From the human T2T-CHM13v2.0 reference genome, Homo sapiens: a stretch of DNA of 64,000 bases. The stretch is taken from assembly GCF_009914755.1 (NCBI RefSeq), contig NC_060937.1; one strand, 5' to 3'. Shown in pieces: positions 37,430-62,089 of this stretch. The position numbers were made by a program, and so were the translations under genes. Under the pieces are notes generated by a model. That model was not told where the DNA came from, searched no databases, and was given only the letters and a program-made list of their open reading frames with translations. Position 1 is the first letter of the stretch, and each line of letters opens with the position of its first letter.

Positions 37430-38483
37430 CTGAAATTTTTATTGAGATAATTGTATATTCACATGCAGTTATAAGAATATGGAGAGATCCCTTGTATGCT
37501 TTGCCCAGGTTACCCCAAAGGTAACACTTTGCAAAACTATAGTACAGTATCACAACTGGGATACTGACATTGATACAATCCACTTATTTTATTCAGACTT
37601 CTCGTTTTACATGTATTTGCATGTGTGTGTGTGTATTACATCCCATACAATTTTATCACCTGTATAGATTCATGTTATCTACCACCACAGTCAAGATGGT
37701 AAACACTTCCAAAAACACAAGATGCATTCCTCCTTTTATAAGCAAAATCAACTCCTTCTCATCTGACACCGTATATAACCCTTGGCAACTACTAACCTGT
37801 CTTCCATTTCTAAAATTTTATCATTTCAAAAATTTTATATAAATGGGATCGTATGGTATATAACCTTTTTATGACAGAATTATAGGCTCAGTATAATTGT
37901 CTGGAGATTTATATAAATTGTTGCTTGTATCAACAATTGTTGCTTATATAATTGTTCATTTTTATTGCCAAATAGTATTTCATCATATAGATATACTGTA
38001 GACATATTACAGTATGTCTATTTACCCATTAAAGGCCATCTGTGTTGTTTCTAAGTTTTGGCTATTAAAAAATAAAGTTGCTATATAGACATGCATGTAC
38101 AGATTTCATATGAATACAAATCTTCCTTTCTCTGAGATCAATGTCCAGGATTGTAAGCACTGGGTTATACAGAGGTTGCATGTTTAGACAAAAAACTGAC
38201 AAACTGTTTTCCGGAGTGACTGTACCATTTTACATTTCCACCACTAACATGAGTGATCAGTTTCTCCACATCTTCGCCAGCATTTGGTGTTGTCACTACT
38301 GTTTATTTTAGCTGTTCTGATAGATGTGTAGTTGTGGCTTTAATCTCTATTTCCCTAATAGCTAACGATGCTGAACATCTTTTCATGTGCTTATTTAATA
38401 TCTGTATGTCCTCCTTTCAATGAAATGACTCTTCACATCTTTTTAAATTAGACTGTTTTGTTTTTTCTTACTATTAAGTGTGT

Positions 38484-38526
<43 letters not shown>

Positions 38527-39990
38527 CCAGGGGTCTCACTATGTTGCCCAGGCTAGAGTGCAGTGACTGTCCATAGGCAACATCATAGCATACTGCAGCC
38601 TCCAACTCCCGGGCTCAAGAGTTGTTTTTGCCTCAGCCTCCTGAGTAGCTGGGAATACAGGTGTTATGCCACTGCACCTGGCTCTTACTGCTGAGTTTTG
38701 AGAGTTCATTGTATGTGCTGGATACTAGTCTTTTACTGAATACGTGGTTTAACAGATATTTTCTTCCAATATCTAACTTGTCTTTTCTATCTTTTCATAT
38801 GGGCTCTCACACAGCAAAATTTTTAATTTAATCAGGTCCAATTTATCAATTGTTTCTTTTATGGATTAGGCTTTCGTGGCCAAATATAGCTCTTTGTCTC
38901 CAGATCCAGAAAATTCTCTATGTTTTTTCCTAAAACTTTTATAGCTTTGTGCTTTACATTTAATTCTATAATCCATTTTGTATTTTTGCATAAGGTGTGA
39001 AGTTTAGGCTCATCATTTTTGAAAAAGCTGTCCTTCCCTCCATTGAATTGGTTTTGTAACTGCTAAAAATCAGCTGGAGGTATTTGTGCAGGTGTATTTC
39101 TGGGTTATATTTTCTGTTCCATGGTCTATGTCTTTCCTTCTACCAATAACACACAGTATTGATTACTATAGCTATATACTATAAGCTTTCATATTGCGTG
39201 AAGTAATTTCCCCTTTTTTCTTGTCAAGATTGTTTTAGCTATTCTAGAGACTGTGTCTTTCCATACACATTTTTAAATGTCTATCTATGTCCACAAAATA
39301 TCTTGGTTGAATTTCAATAGGAAATGCATTAAACCAACAGATCAATTTAGGGAGAATCAATGTCATTATTACGTTGAGGCTTCCAATCCAAGAACACAGT
39401 ATACATCTCTCCATTTACTTGTCTTGTTTCATGTCTTTCACCAGCATTTTGTAATATTCACTGTATAAATCCTGTACATGTTTGTTAATATATACTGAAG
39501 TATTTTATTTTCTTTGAATTGTCTAAAAATTGTATTGTTTTTAATTTTGGTTTCTGCATGTTCAGCATATATAAATGCGACTGATTTCTTTATTCTGTGA
39601 CCTTGCTAAACTCACCTGTTAGTTCCAGGAGCTTTCTGATAGATTCCTTGGGATGTTCTACATAGATAATCACATTATCTGCAAATACGGACAGTTTTAG
39701 TTCTTCCTTTACAAACTACATACCTTTCATTTCTTTTTCTTGCCTTATATGGCACTGGCTAGAACTTCCAGCATTATACTGAATAAGAGCAGTTATGATG
39801 GACTTCCTCACCTTGCTTCTGAATCTCAGGGGAAAGCATTTAGTCTTTCACCATTAAGTGTGATGTTAGCTGTGAGGTTTTTGTGGTGCTCTTTACCAAG
39901 ATGAGGCAATTCCTTTCTATTCCTTTTATCAGAAATGAGTAACTGATATGATCATATTTTTCTTTTTTGGCTTATTAATATGGGGGAATT
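37430..39990 (-). mobile_element. L1MC-like element, interrupted by a FAM (38520-38682) with a (TG)n tail (38478-38520)
   Basis: L1 3' end and antisense ORF2 motifs. Confidence 0.82.
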
Positions 39991-41291
39991 TAGAGTATTT
40001 TTAAAAGATCTTTCAAACAATTAACTAAACAAGTACTGGATCTTATCAAGCAAGTGGGGCACTTGGGTGGATTTTTTCTTTATGTAGGATCTTAAACTTG
40101 CCTCACCTCCAAATCTAATGAAAATAAGGGCCTATGGCCTGACTGACCAATCATCAAGAAAAGATTAGGTCAAATTTAATATAATGTGCCAAAAGTTGAA
40201 AATATAAGTAACAGGTTTTGGGCTCATTCTCAACCCACGAAGCATTATTCAACCAACACACATGTATTTTGAGAGGCATTATAGCATAATGGTAAGAGCT
40301 CTGCCATTTATTAGCTTGTGACTATGCAAGTTACTTAATTCCTACATAACTCTGTCTACAATGTGATGAAAAAAAAGAGGTACAGATGTGTGTTTAAGTG
40401 TTGATGCATAAAAGCCTCTCTAAATTGGGAAGAAAGAGAGCAAGGAGGTAAAAGAAAAAACAATTCACACGAAAGGAGTCAGAGGCCAGGTAAACAGTAC
40501 CTATTAATAAACAGATGTCATCTGTCATCCTCAATTTTGACGGATCAGTATCTGTTATTTGAAGTGTGATCCTTACACTAGTTAATAATTCTCAAACTGT
40601 TTGTTACAGTTCTGCTACAAGATAAGGAGCTTTTACCTTCAGGGTGATAAGCCTCTAAAGTAACAAAAAAAGGTGGGGAGGTGAGCTTGTGCCAGAATGT
40701 AAACCAACTGTGAAACTAAGCACACTGTTTAGTTCAGCTCTTTATTTAGACAGAAAGACCTGCTTTAAACATATTATTTTTAAAAAGTTGACAAAAATTC
40801 TATATATGTATTGAGTAAAACATGATGATCTGAAATATGTATAAGCTGTGGAATAATAGCTATGAGTTAATAAACACAGCTGAGTGCAGTGGCTCATGCC
40901 TGTAATCCCAGAACTTTGGGAGGCTGAGGCGGGCAGATTGCTTGAGCTCAGAAGTTCAAGACCAGCCTGGGCAACACGGCGAAATCCCGTATCTACCAAA
41001 AATACAAAAAATTAGCTGAGCAAACTGGTGAGCACCTGTGGTCTCAGCTACCCAGGAGGGTAGGAGAATTGCTTGAGCCTGGGAGGCAGAAGTTGCAGCG
41101 AGCCAAGATTGTGCCACTGCACTCCAACTTGGGTGACAGAATGAGACCCCATCTCAGAAAAAAAAAAAAAAATTAACACACGCATTACCTTACATTTCAT
41201 TTTTGTGTGTGTGGTGAAAACACTTAAAATCTACTGTCAGTGATTTTTCAAGAATATAACACATTGTTATTAACTATAGTTCATAACCATG

Positions 41292-41629
41292 TGATATGGT
41301 TTGGCTGTATTCCCACCCAAATCTCATCTTGAATTGTAACTCCCACAATTCCCGTGTGCCGTGGGAGGTGATTAAATTATGGGGGTGGGTCTTTCCTGCG
41401 CTGTTCTCATGATAGTGAATGAGTGTCACAAGATCTGATGGCTTTAAAAACAAGTTTGCCTGCACAAGCTCTCTTGTCTGCTGTCATATGGGATGTGCCT
41501 TTCACCTTCTGCCATGATTGTGAGACCTCCCCAGCCACATGGAAGTGTGAGTCCAATAAACCTCTTTCTTTTGTAAATTGCCCAGTTTCAGGTATGTCTT
41601 TATCAGCAACGTGAAAACTGACCAATATA
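41292..41629 (+). mobile_element. THE1 (THE1A-like) solo LTR
   Basis: tgatatggtttggctgt start; perfect 5-bp TSD ccatg at 41287-91 and 41630-34. Confidence 0.92.
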
Positions 41630-42300
41630 CCATGTTCTACAGTAAAGGTCTTGAACTTATCCCTCCTATCTAACTGAAATTTTTTATACTTTGAATCAAT
41701 ATCTCCCCAAATCCCTGTACCCCCCACCCCTGGCCCCAGCCCCTGGTAACCACCATCCTACATGAGTCTAGCTTTTTTAGACTCCATGCATAAGTGAGAG
41801 CATGTGATACTTGCCTTGTTTGCCTGGCTTATTTCTGGTAATGTAATGTCCTCCAAGTTCATCCACGTTGTTGCAAAAGAGAGGGTTTCTTTCTTTTAAG
41901 GCTAAAAAGTATTCCACTATGTATACATACCACATTTTCTTTTTCTATTTGTCTACTGGTGGACATTTGGGCTGATTCCTTATCTCGGGTATTGTGATGC
42001 AATAAACATGGGAGTGCAGGTATCTCTTCAACATACTGGCTTCATTTTTCCTTTGGATATATACACAGTAGTGGGATTGCTTGATCACATGGTAGTTCTA
42101 TTTTTAGGAACTTCCCCATACTGCTTTCTATAATGTCTATACTAATTTACATTCTGACCAAGAGTGTACAAGAGTTTCCTTTTCTCCACATCCTCACCAA
42201 CATGCGTTATCTTTCATCTTTTTGATAATGGTTATTCTAACAGGTGTAAGATGATATCTCACAGTAGTTTTAATTTTATTTCTCTGATTAGTAATGTTGA

Positions 42301-42591
<291 letters not shown>

Positions 42592-43132
42592 TGACCTTGT
42601 GATCCGCCCGCCTCGGCCTCCCAAAGTGCTGGGATTATAGGCGTGAGCCACCGTGCCCAATCCTTGCCCATTTTTTAATTGTTAGTTTTCTTGCTATTGA
42701 GTTCATTATATATAACCCCTTATCAGATGTATGGTTTGCAAATATTTTCTATAGGTTCTCTCTTTATTAATAGTCTCTTTTGCTGTGCAGAACCTTTTAA
42801 ATTTGATATAATTGCATCTGTCTATTTTTGTTTTGTTGGCTGTGTTTTTGGGGTCATATCCAGGAAAACATTGCCCAGACCAGTATCATGGAGATTTTCC
42901 CCTGTGTTTTCTTCCAGTAGTTTTACAGTTTCACATCTTATGTTTGCATTTTAATCTATTTTGAGTTGATTTTTGTATATGGTGTGAAATAAGGGCCTGG
43001 TCTCATTCATCTGCATGTAGATAGCCAGTTTTTCCAAGACCATTTATTGAAAAGACTGTCCTTTCCTGTGGCATGTTCTTGGCACCTTTGTCAAAAATCA
43101 ACCAACTACAAATTTGTGGATTTACTTCTGGT

Positions 43133-43363
43133 GAAATAAATTCTTGCGTGTCAGAGCATATCTTTTCAAATATTCACCTTAGTTGCCTTAGACACCCCTT
43201 TCTTTTTTTCTGTATAACATTATTTCCTTTCCAGTTACTATGGTTCGATTTCTGAAAATACTTGTAGTAGGACCAAAAAATGAAATTAACTAAAGAAATC
43301 TCAAGTAATTTCTTATTTCAAATTTAAGCATTCCCCAAGTAAGCCGTAGAAAGCAAACTTTTC
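43133..43363 (-). repeat. Inverted duplicate of 44338-44574
   Basis: Manual reverse-complement alignment, ~93% identity. Confidence 0.95.
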
Positions 43364-44337
43364 TGTTCCACTGTTCTGTGTGTGTGTTTTTATGTCTCTA
43401 TCATGCTGTTTTGATTATTATGGCTTTGCAGTAGATTTTCATATCAGGTAGTGTGATGCTTCTGGGTTCATTCTTTTAAGATTGCTTTGGCTATTTGGGG
43501 TCTTCTGTGGTTTCATATAAATTTTAGTTTTTTTTTTTCTATTTCTGTGAAAAATGACATTAGAGGTTTGATAGAGATTGCACTGAATCTGTACATCACT
43601 TTGGGTAGTACTGATATTTTAATAATACTAATTCTTCCAAATCCGTGAACATGGGATATCTTTCAATTTACTTCTGTCAGAAAGACTCTCTTGAAGGAAG
43701 CAGTGCCTTCTTTTACATTTTGGCACAAGCTCCCTAACTTGTCACAGATCAGGACTTTTGAGTAGCACGGCCTATATCTGAAGTATTTGTCTTAAAACTT
43801 CAATACATGACTTAAATATAAGTGCATATTTTTAGAGATCATAATTAAATTTAATTCGTGAATATCAGCACTTAATCGACTACATAGCCACAATGTGATT
43901 AGGCATTTTGAGATGGGCTAAGAAAGAGACTTAGGAGTTATTTGGGAGGCTGGGGTGGAGGGATGTAGATGGATAGTGAATGTGGTTATTATCTGCACTT
44001 TAGAAGCTTACAATCTAAGGGAAAATGAAATATTCAAAGCAAAATCCCATGGAGTAAAGTGAGTTACAATTGACAGATGATATCCACTAGTTTAATTTCT
44101 CAGTGAAACTCTGGGGACTAGCTCTCTTTTGTTTTCAAGAATCTCAATGTCACTAAATAAAAACAATGTGATTCTCTCCTCAATGGAGCAATAGAGAGAG
44201 CAAGGCCTGGAATCAGGGACAGATACTCTGACCATAAAGAGTGGAAGAATCTTCTCTTGAAGAGCTCTCCACATCTCTGTAAAATCACATCAAAATCAAT
44301 TAAGTTTTGTCTGAATAAACTTCAGGCGTTGTTTCAG

Positions 44338-44574
44338 GAAAAGTTTGCTTTCTACTGCTTACTTGGGGAATTCTTAAACTTGAAATAAGAAATTGCTTGA
44401 GATTTCTTTAGTTAATTTCATTTTTGGTCCTACTACAAGTATTTTCAGAAATTGAACCTTAGTAACTGGAAAGGAAATAATGTTAGCCAAAAAAAAAAAA
44501 AAGAAAGGGGTCTCTAAGGCAACTAAGGTGAATATTTAAAAAGATATGCTGTGACATGCAAGAATTTTTAGTTC
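44338..44574 (+). repeat. Probable donor of the inverted duplicate
   Basis: See 43133-43363. Confidence 0.95.
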
Positions 44575-44599
44575 TATAAATTAGAGAAGGCAGCACAAC

Positions 44600-46270
44600 A
44601 ACAGGAGGAGGATCAAGTAACCAAATATAATATATAAATTAGTAGCTTAGATTTATAAGCACATTAGAAGGGCTAAAATGATTAAACAAGAGGAGGCTTC
44701 TGAACTAATACAAAAGTTTTAAAGTTGAATTGCAAGCGTGAAAAGTTAAGGAAAAGTAAGGGCCCATATCTGGTGGCAGATGGTGTAATGTTAACAGATG
44801 GCAATAATTACTAATTACTTAATTCCAATTTTACTTCTATTGCATCTATTAAAGAAAGTAATCTTCATTTGGTGAATGAAAATCCAGACAAAAAAGGACG
44901 CACACTATTCTACCTATATAGAGTTCTAAATATGCAAAATAATCTGTTAGAAATCAGAATAATGGTTACCTTTGGGGATAACCAATACCTAGAAAGAGGC
45001 CCTGGGGTATTCTCTTTTTTGATCCAGGAGCTGGTGGTTACACAAATGTGTTCACATTACAAATATTCATCAAGCTGGATACTTACGACGTGTGGACTTT
45101 TTGTATGTATGGTGTATGTCAACAAAATGTGAAAAAGAAAAAAAGTTTAAAGTGTTAAGACTGGAAAAAACACCTTACTTTATTAAGCTAAGGCTTAGCT
45201 CATTTCTCTGGTCTAAATGACCCAAAGATCTGAAAGAACTTGCAAATATGATTACCAAAGTATTGTTGTGTCCATAAAGGAGTTGACAGGGAATGGGAAT
45301 TAGCAAGTATTTTTATGCTTATGTTAATGTTTATTATGCTAATGTTTATTAATATACAAAATGATTGATGATTAATAGATAATAGACAAAATAATTCTAT
45401 CATTAGTTGTTAATCCATTGATGATTGAAACAAAAAAATGATCTTCCTTGTTAATTTCCTAATTTTGGAGCTACTGGACTAATTACATAGAAAATATTCT
45501 ATGTTGTGAGTAGCTGGAACTACAGGTGCGTGCCACCACACCCAACTAATTTTTGTATTTTTAGTAGAGACAGGGATTCACCATGTTGGCCAGGATGGTC
45601 TCGAACTCTTGACCTCAGGTGAATTTTTTGAAATTTAGTAAATATATACTACAACTCTTAGCAAGTATTTTCAAAATTTACTTTTAAAAAGGGGGCGGGG
45701 AAAGGGTACAGGAGAATGGATGTCAGGAACTATATACTATACCAATGAGCATGACACTGATTTGCAAAAATTCAAAATATGGTTATTTAAACACTTAGAA
45801 AAAATAAGCTAATTTCAATTTATCCTTCAGGTTTCAGCTTAAATGTTATTTCTTCAGACAAGTCACCTTTGAATGCCCAATTTTAAAAAAAACCTCACTC
45901 TGTTAACTTTCATGGCTATTTTTCCTCCATAGCATCATCCACAATTTGTAAGGATATATTTGGTTATGTGATTATTTATCTAGTGTTCACCTCCATGAGA
46001 CAATTGCTCAAATGGTAATGCTTGGTTGAATAACTAAATGCATTTCTGATGAAGACCTTATGAATGTAGTTAAAATGAGCTTCTGGCAATATTGTTGTAA
46101 AACTACAGATTTGAAGAGCTACCTAGCCCGTGTATGAAACAAAGTGTGTATTTAAAATAATTCTTAAATAATAAATGCACAAGTCTATTTCTAGTGACTC
46201 TAAGAAAATGTGTACTTTCAGAATCAAGACCTCCTTCCTTCTCCCTACAACTGAAAAGTTTCAAGACGGT
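44600..46270 (+). mobile_element. Very degraded CR1/L3 fragments with an L1M 3' piece (~44890-45140)
   Basis: Motifs gcagatggtgtaatgttaacagatg, ctgaaagaacttgcaaatatgatt, ggaactata...ccaatgagcatgac. Confidence 0.45.
45508..45622 (-). mobile_element. Internal Alu fragment with no ends, tail or TSD
   Basis: Shares unusual variants with the Alu segment 46389-46501. Confidence 0.9.
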
Positions 46271-46271
46271 A

Positions 46272-46560
46272 ATTTTTTTTTTTTTTGAGACAGAGTCTCG
46301 CTCTGTCACCTAGGCTGGAGTGTAGTGGCGTGACCCTGGCTCACTGGCTGCCTCCAGGGTTCAAGCAATTCTCCAGCCTCAGCCTCCCGAGTAGCTGGAA
46401 CTACAGGTGTGTGCCACCACACCCAACTAATTTTTGTATTTTTAGTAGACAGGGTTTCACCATGTTGGCCAGGCTGGTCTCGAACTCTTGACCTCAGGTG
46501 ATCTGTCCACCTTGGCCTCCCAAAGTGCTGGAATGACGGCATGAGCCACCGCACCCAGCC
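46272..46560 (-). mobile_element. AluS
   Basis: TSD caaga(c/t)ggtaatt. Confidence 0.93.
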
Positions 46561-46685
46561 CAAGATGGTAATTCAATATAGGAAGGAGTTTTAGGAGTGA
46601 ATTACATGAGGAAAAGTCTAACCTAAGACAAACACCAAAGATCTGAAATAAGTTTTAAATTTATTTTTTAAAAGATATATGTATA

Positions 46686-48605
<1,920 letters not shown>

Positions 48606-51073
48606 GAAGAAATTTATAATCTCAATGACTGATACATCTTATACTTTAAATGATGAGCTACAATTAGTTAAAAAGCCAAATTCTGTATTTACTGGATATC
48701 TGTTGGTTAATTTTGTGGAAGGTGGGACTTGGCTGCCTAGGACCCATTTCCCTGCCCTAACTGTACCCAGTCATCTTTGGGGAATTACATCCTTCCCATC
48801 CTGTAGTCTTAATGAGACCTAAAGTGGCTCACTCTCTCCTAGCTTAAGTAGGTCACAAGACTCAACTACACTATCAGAATTATCTCCTCTATAACTCTGA
48901 ATCTTAAGGAGAAAGGGAAAAAAAGGCACATTAAATTCCAAAGGAAGAATTTTGGACAAGGTAGTAAATAATGCCTATATCCTTGACTTGCTCAATTCCC
49001 AGTTCTTCCATTTCTCTACTCATCTTATGAACTACCTTACATTCTTCCAATAAATTATGGTTTTGCTTAAGTCAGCCAGGGATGGTTTCTGATGTCTGCA
49101 ATCAATGAATTATATCTCTAATGATTCATATTTTTAAAAAGTAAATTCATTGCCATGGCCTTAAAAACATGAAAATAAAAATAAGTTTGAGATAGATGTT
49201 TTGTATCAAAAGGTAAGGTATCCTTCTGAGTTTAAGAGGATCTATCAGGCATGCCTTATGGGGAAACACTGAAATAATATATATCTCCCCTCTAACATAC
49301 TGATATAATGGATTCTTTTATTACACATATAAGCATGGTTACATCTTTATATTATTGGAATAAAGGCTATATGATCATGGTATATTATTATTTTAATATA
49401 CTGCCAAGGTTCAGTGTGCTATATTTTATTTAATAATTCTTGTGATATCTCTTTCTTAAACCACAGTGATCTTCTTAAGAAAAAAAATCTCATAAAATCC
49501 AAATTATAAAGTTTGCTAACTATACTGAAATAATCTAGATATAAACTTAAACTTAAATACAGATATATATTAAATAGAAACAAAACTGCCAAACAAAATT
49601 CAAATTAGTCATATTCATTTCATGTGATGGAATTATATACTGATAAAAACTATTATCCCTGATAAGGTTCGACACTAGAAAGAACCTTGAATTTAATTCT
49701 ATATTTAGTATGTTTCTATATTGTGACTTTAGTACTATTAATACAGAGAATGTCTTACGCATAAGTTCATAAAAATGACAAATGTTGAACAATCTTCAAA
49801 TACCAACATTAATGAAGTGTTATTTGACAACTCTATAAGCTATCTTTATTCACTGGAAGATTAGAACTCTACCACTGTTAAAAATTTTACCTAAATGAAT
49901 ATTTACTTCAATTTTTCCTATAACTGAAAAGAAAAATATTTTCATTGCAATATTTGCAACACTTAACTATTTATGAATTATTAAAAGATGATGCATAACA
50001 AAAAGATCCAGGCAGCATATCTGCTCCAAAATATGATTTTCTGCTCTATCATCTTAATTCACACTAAGATATTTCTGTATAGACAGAATTAGTGAGTTAA
50101 ATTCTGAAGAACCACACTAAATTAGGAAACCACACTTAAGAGGTGATTAATTTAATGTTTTAAACACCCCTAAACAGGAGTTAGCTCCCAGGTAGTAAGT
50201 GCTTCGAATATGAACATCTCAATTTATAGACACTGGTTTGATACTCTGCATAAGGAAAGTTGGAAATAGATTTTTACTGCTAAAGTAGAACAGTTATTCA
50301 AGATATACGAATTGACTAGAAATACAGGCACCTCGATTCTTACTTGTTTGGGGTCTAAGAATCCGGCAGGCCCTACAGCACAACTTCAGAGAAGTTTCTG
50401 TGTCTAGAAACCCCCTTGATCCTGTGTTGCATCCCTTCTTAGAGAACTGTATCACCTAATCCTAGTCAGAACATTGTGGTATCTGCTTAGGGTTGAAGTT
50501 TTCTTACAAGGTGGTAATCTCCAGTCTAAAAGTACTATACCCATGAAACGAACCATATGACTTTTGTGACTGCTTACTAATACATATTTATATATGCAGC
50601 ATAATTCTAAGATTTGTGTATATAACTCACTAGTAGCAAAACTTCAAAGGCGAAAGTATCTGTTACCCTCACCTATCTCTAATAATTAAAGACCACTTAT
50701 TCACCCGAAAGAATCATATAAATGTAAATGGCCAAACTCACTTAGGTCAGTTAAGAAGAGGAGGTACTGACTACCATACCTAAGTACCTCTGAGTTAGTC
50801 ATGACTTACTATGCTCTTTGTTTAAATTACAGAAAAAGATGGACTCCCTTATATTCTCCCTTATATTCTTCCCAAGTGATCTCATCTACCCTCATGTCTG
50901 CAATTACTGCTTCATGACCACTCCCAAGTATCTATTTTTAGTCCACTCTGTCTCTTAAGCTCCTAATCTATAAGTCATTCACCCATTCAACAAAAATTTA
51001 CTCAATACATTTAAAATACATTGGGCAATACATTTGCCAACCGGGAAGCAAGTACAGAATTCACAGTCTAGCA

Positions 51074-51564
51074 CAGGGATCGGCAAACTATAACCTGTGT
51101 ATCAAATCTGGCAGGCTATCTGTTTCTGTAGGTCCCAACAGGAATGGTTTTTACATTTTTTAAGTGGTTACATTATAAATGATATTAAGTACCTACATCA
51201 TGCTCTTATTTTTGCCTCTTTGCCCTCAAATGCTAAAATATTTACTATTTGTCCTTTTAAGGAAAAGTTAGCAGACTAGGTGCAGTGGCTCACGCCTGTA
51301 ATCCCAACACTTTCGGAGGTCGAGGCGGGAGGATCACTTGAGCACAGCCATGCTCAGCTGATTTTTCATTTTTTGTAGAGGTAGTATCTCATTGTGCTCA
51401 TGTGTGCACCTACAGTTCCAGCTACTTGGGGGAGCTGAGATGGAGGATTGCTTAAGCACAGGAAGTCAAGGGTGCAAGGAGCCATGATGGTGCCACTGCA
51501 TTTCAGCCTAGGTAACAGAGTGAAACCCTGCCTTGGAAAAAAAAAAAAGGTTTGCCAGCACCTG
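51074..51564 (+). mobile_element. MER58-like hAT MITE interrupted by AluJ (51278-51548)
   Basis: cagggatcggcaaact ... tttgccagcacctg; TSD gtctag(ca/tg). Confidence 0.8.
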
Positions 51565-51608
51565 GTCTAGTGGAAATGAGAGTAATAATGAGTGATAAAA
51601 ATGTGTTA

Positions 51609-55300
<3,692 letters not shown>

Positions 55301-55304
55301 AGGT

Positions 55305-58885
<3,581 letters not shown>

Positions 58886-59149
58886 TCAGTTTTTAATAAA
58901 AATTTTAAAGGATATACATCAGATGCTGAGGGGGAAGGAAAAGAGAAGGTCACAACTAATTTCAATAATGTACATGATGGGGAATCAATAGAAAATAACT
59001 AAGAAAGAGAGGACTAAAGAAAACAAAAACAAAACCACAAACTAGAGGCCAAAAGTATACTAAAACAAAAAATAAAACAGATCACATACAATGATTATTT
59101 TACACATAAATATATAGGTGATGACAAGGAAACTAGGACTTGACTTTAA

Positions 59150-61470
<2,321 letters not shown>

Positions 61471-61471
61471 T

Positions 61472-61850
61472 TGTAATAGTTGATTCCAGGTGTCAACCTG
61501 ACTGGATTAAGGGATACCCAGATAGCTGGTGAAAGCATTAATTATCCTCAGTGGTTCAGACAGCACTGAGCTCGTCCCTCTTCTGCTGAAAGGAAAACCC
61601 GGGCGGTCAGGCATTTGATTAGAATGACTGGGCTGTCCCAGTGCCTGTGAGGGTATTTCCTGAAGAGACTGGCATTTGAGTTAGTAGACTGATAGGGGAA
61701 GTTTCACTCTCAATGTGGGTGGGCAGCATTCAATAAGCTGGGGCCCAGATGGAACAAAAAGAGGAGGCAAGAGTAATTCTTGCTGTCAGAACTCCAGATT
61801 CTATGGTCTTCGGATTCCAGGACTTGCACCAGCACTGCTGCCCTTTCCCC
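61472..61850 (+). mobile_element. MLT2B-like ERVL LTR, partial
   Basis: ggtgtcaacctgactggattaagggataccca...gtgagggtatttcctgaagagactggc. Confidence 0.78.
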
Positions 61851-62089
61851 CCATGATCACGTTGGCAAGTGTGATAATGGTATCGTGTTTTTAAAAAGAA
61901 TTCCTATATTTTAAATAACATACATATTCTTAATAACAAAAAAGTAGGACAAAAACAGTATATGTTACTTCTGAAAGACGTCATACTTTGGGAGGTCACC
62001 TGTTCTACAACAACTGGATCCTGGCTATTAACAGAAAAAAATATTTTTTAATGCAGTGCTGATGTCATATAAGTAGTAGAGAAGAGGGT

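Noticed and set aside
50380-50505. Possible intronic snoRNA or hairpin (aacttc...gaagtt ends)
   Set aside because: No properly placed C/D or H/ACA boxes recognised on either strand
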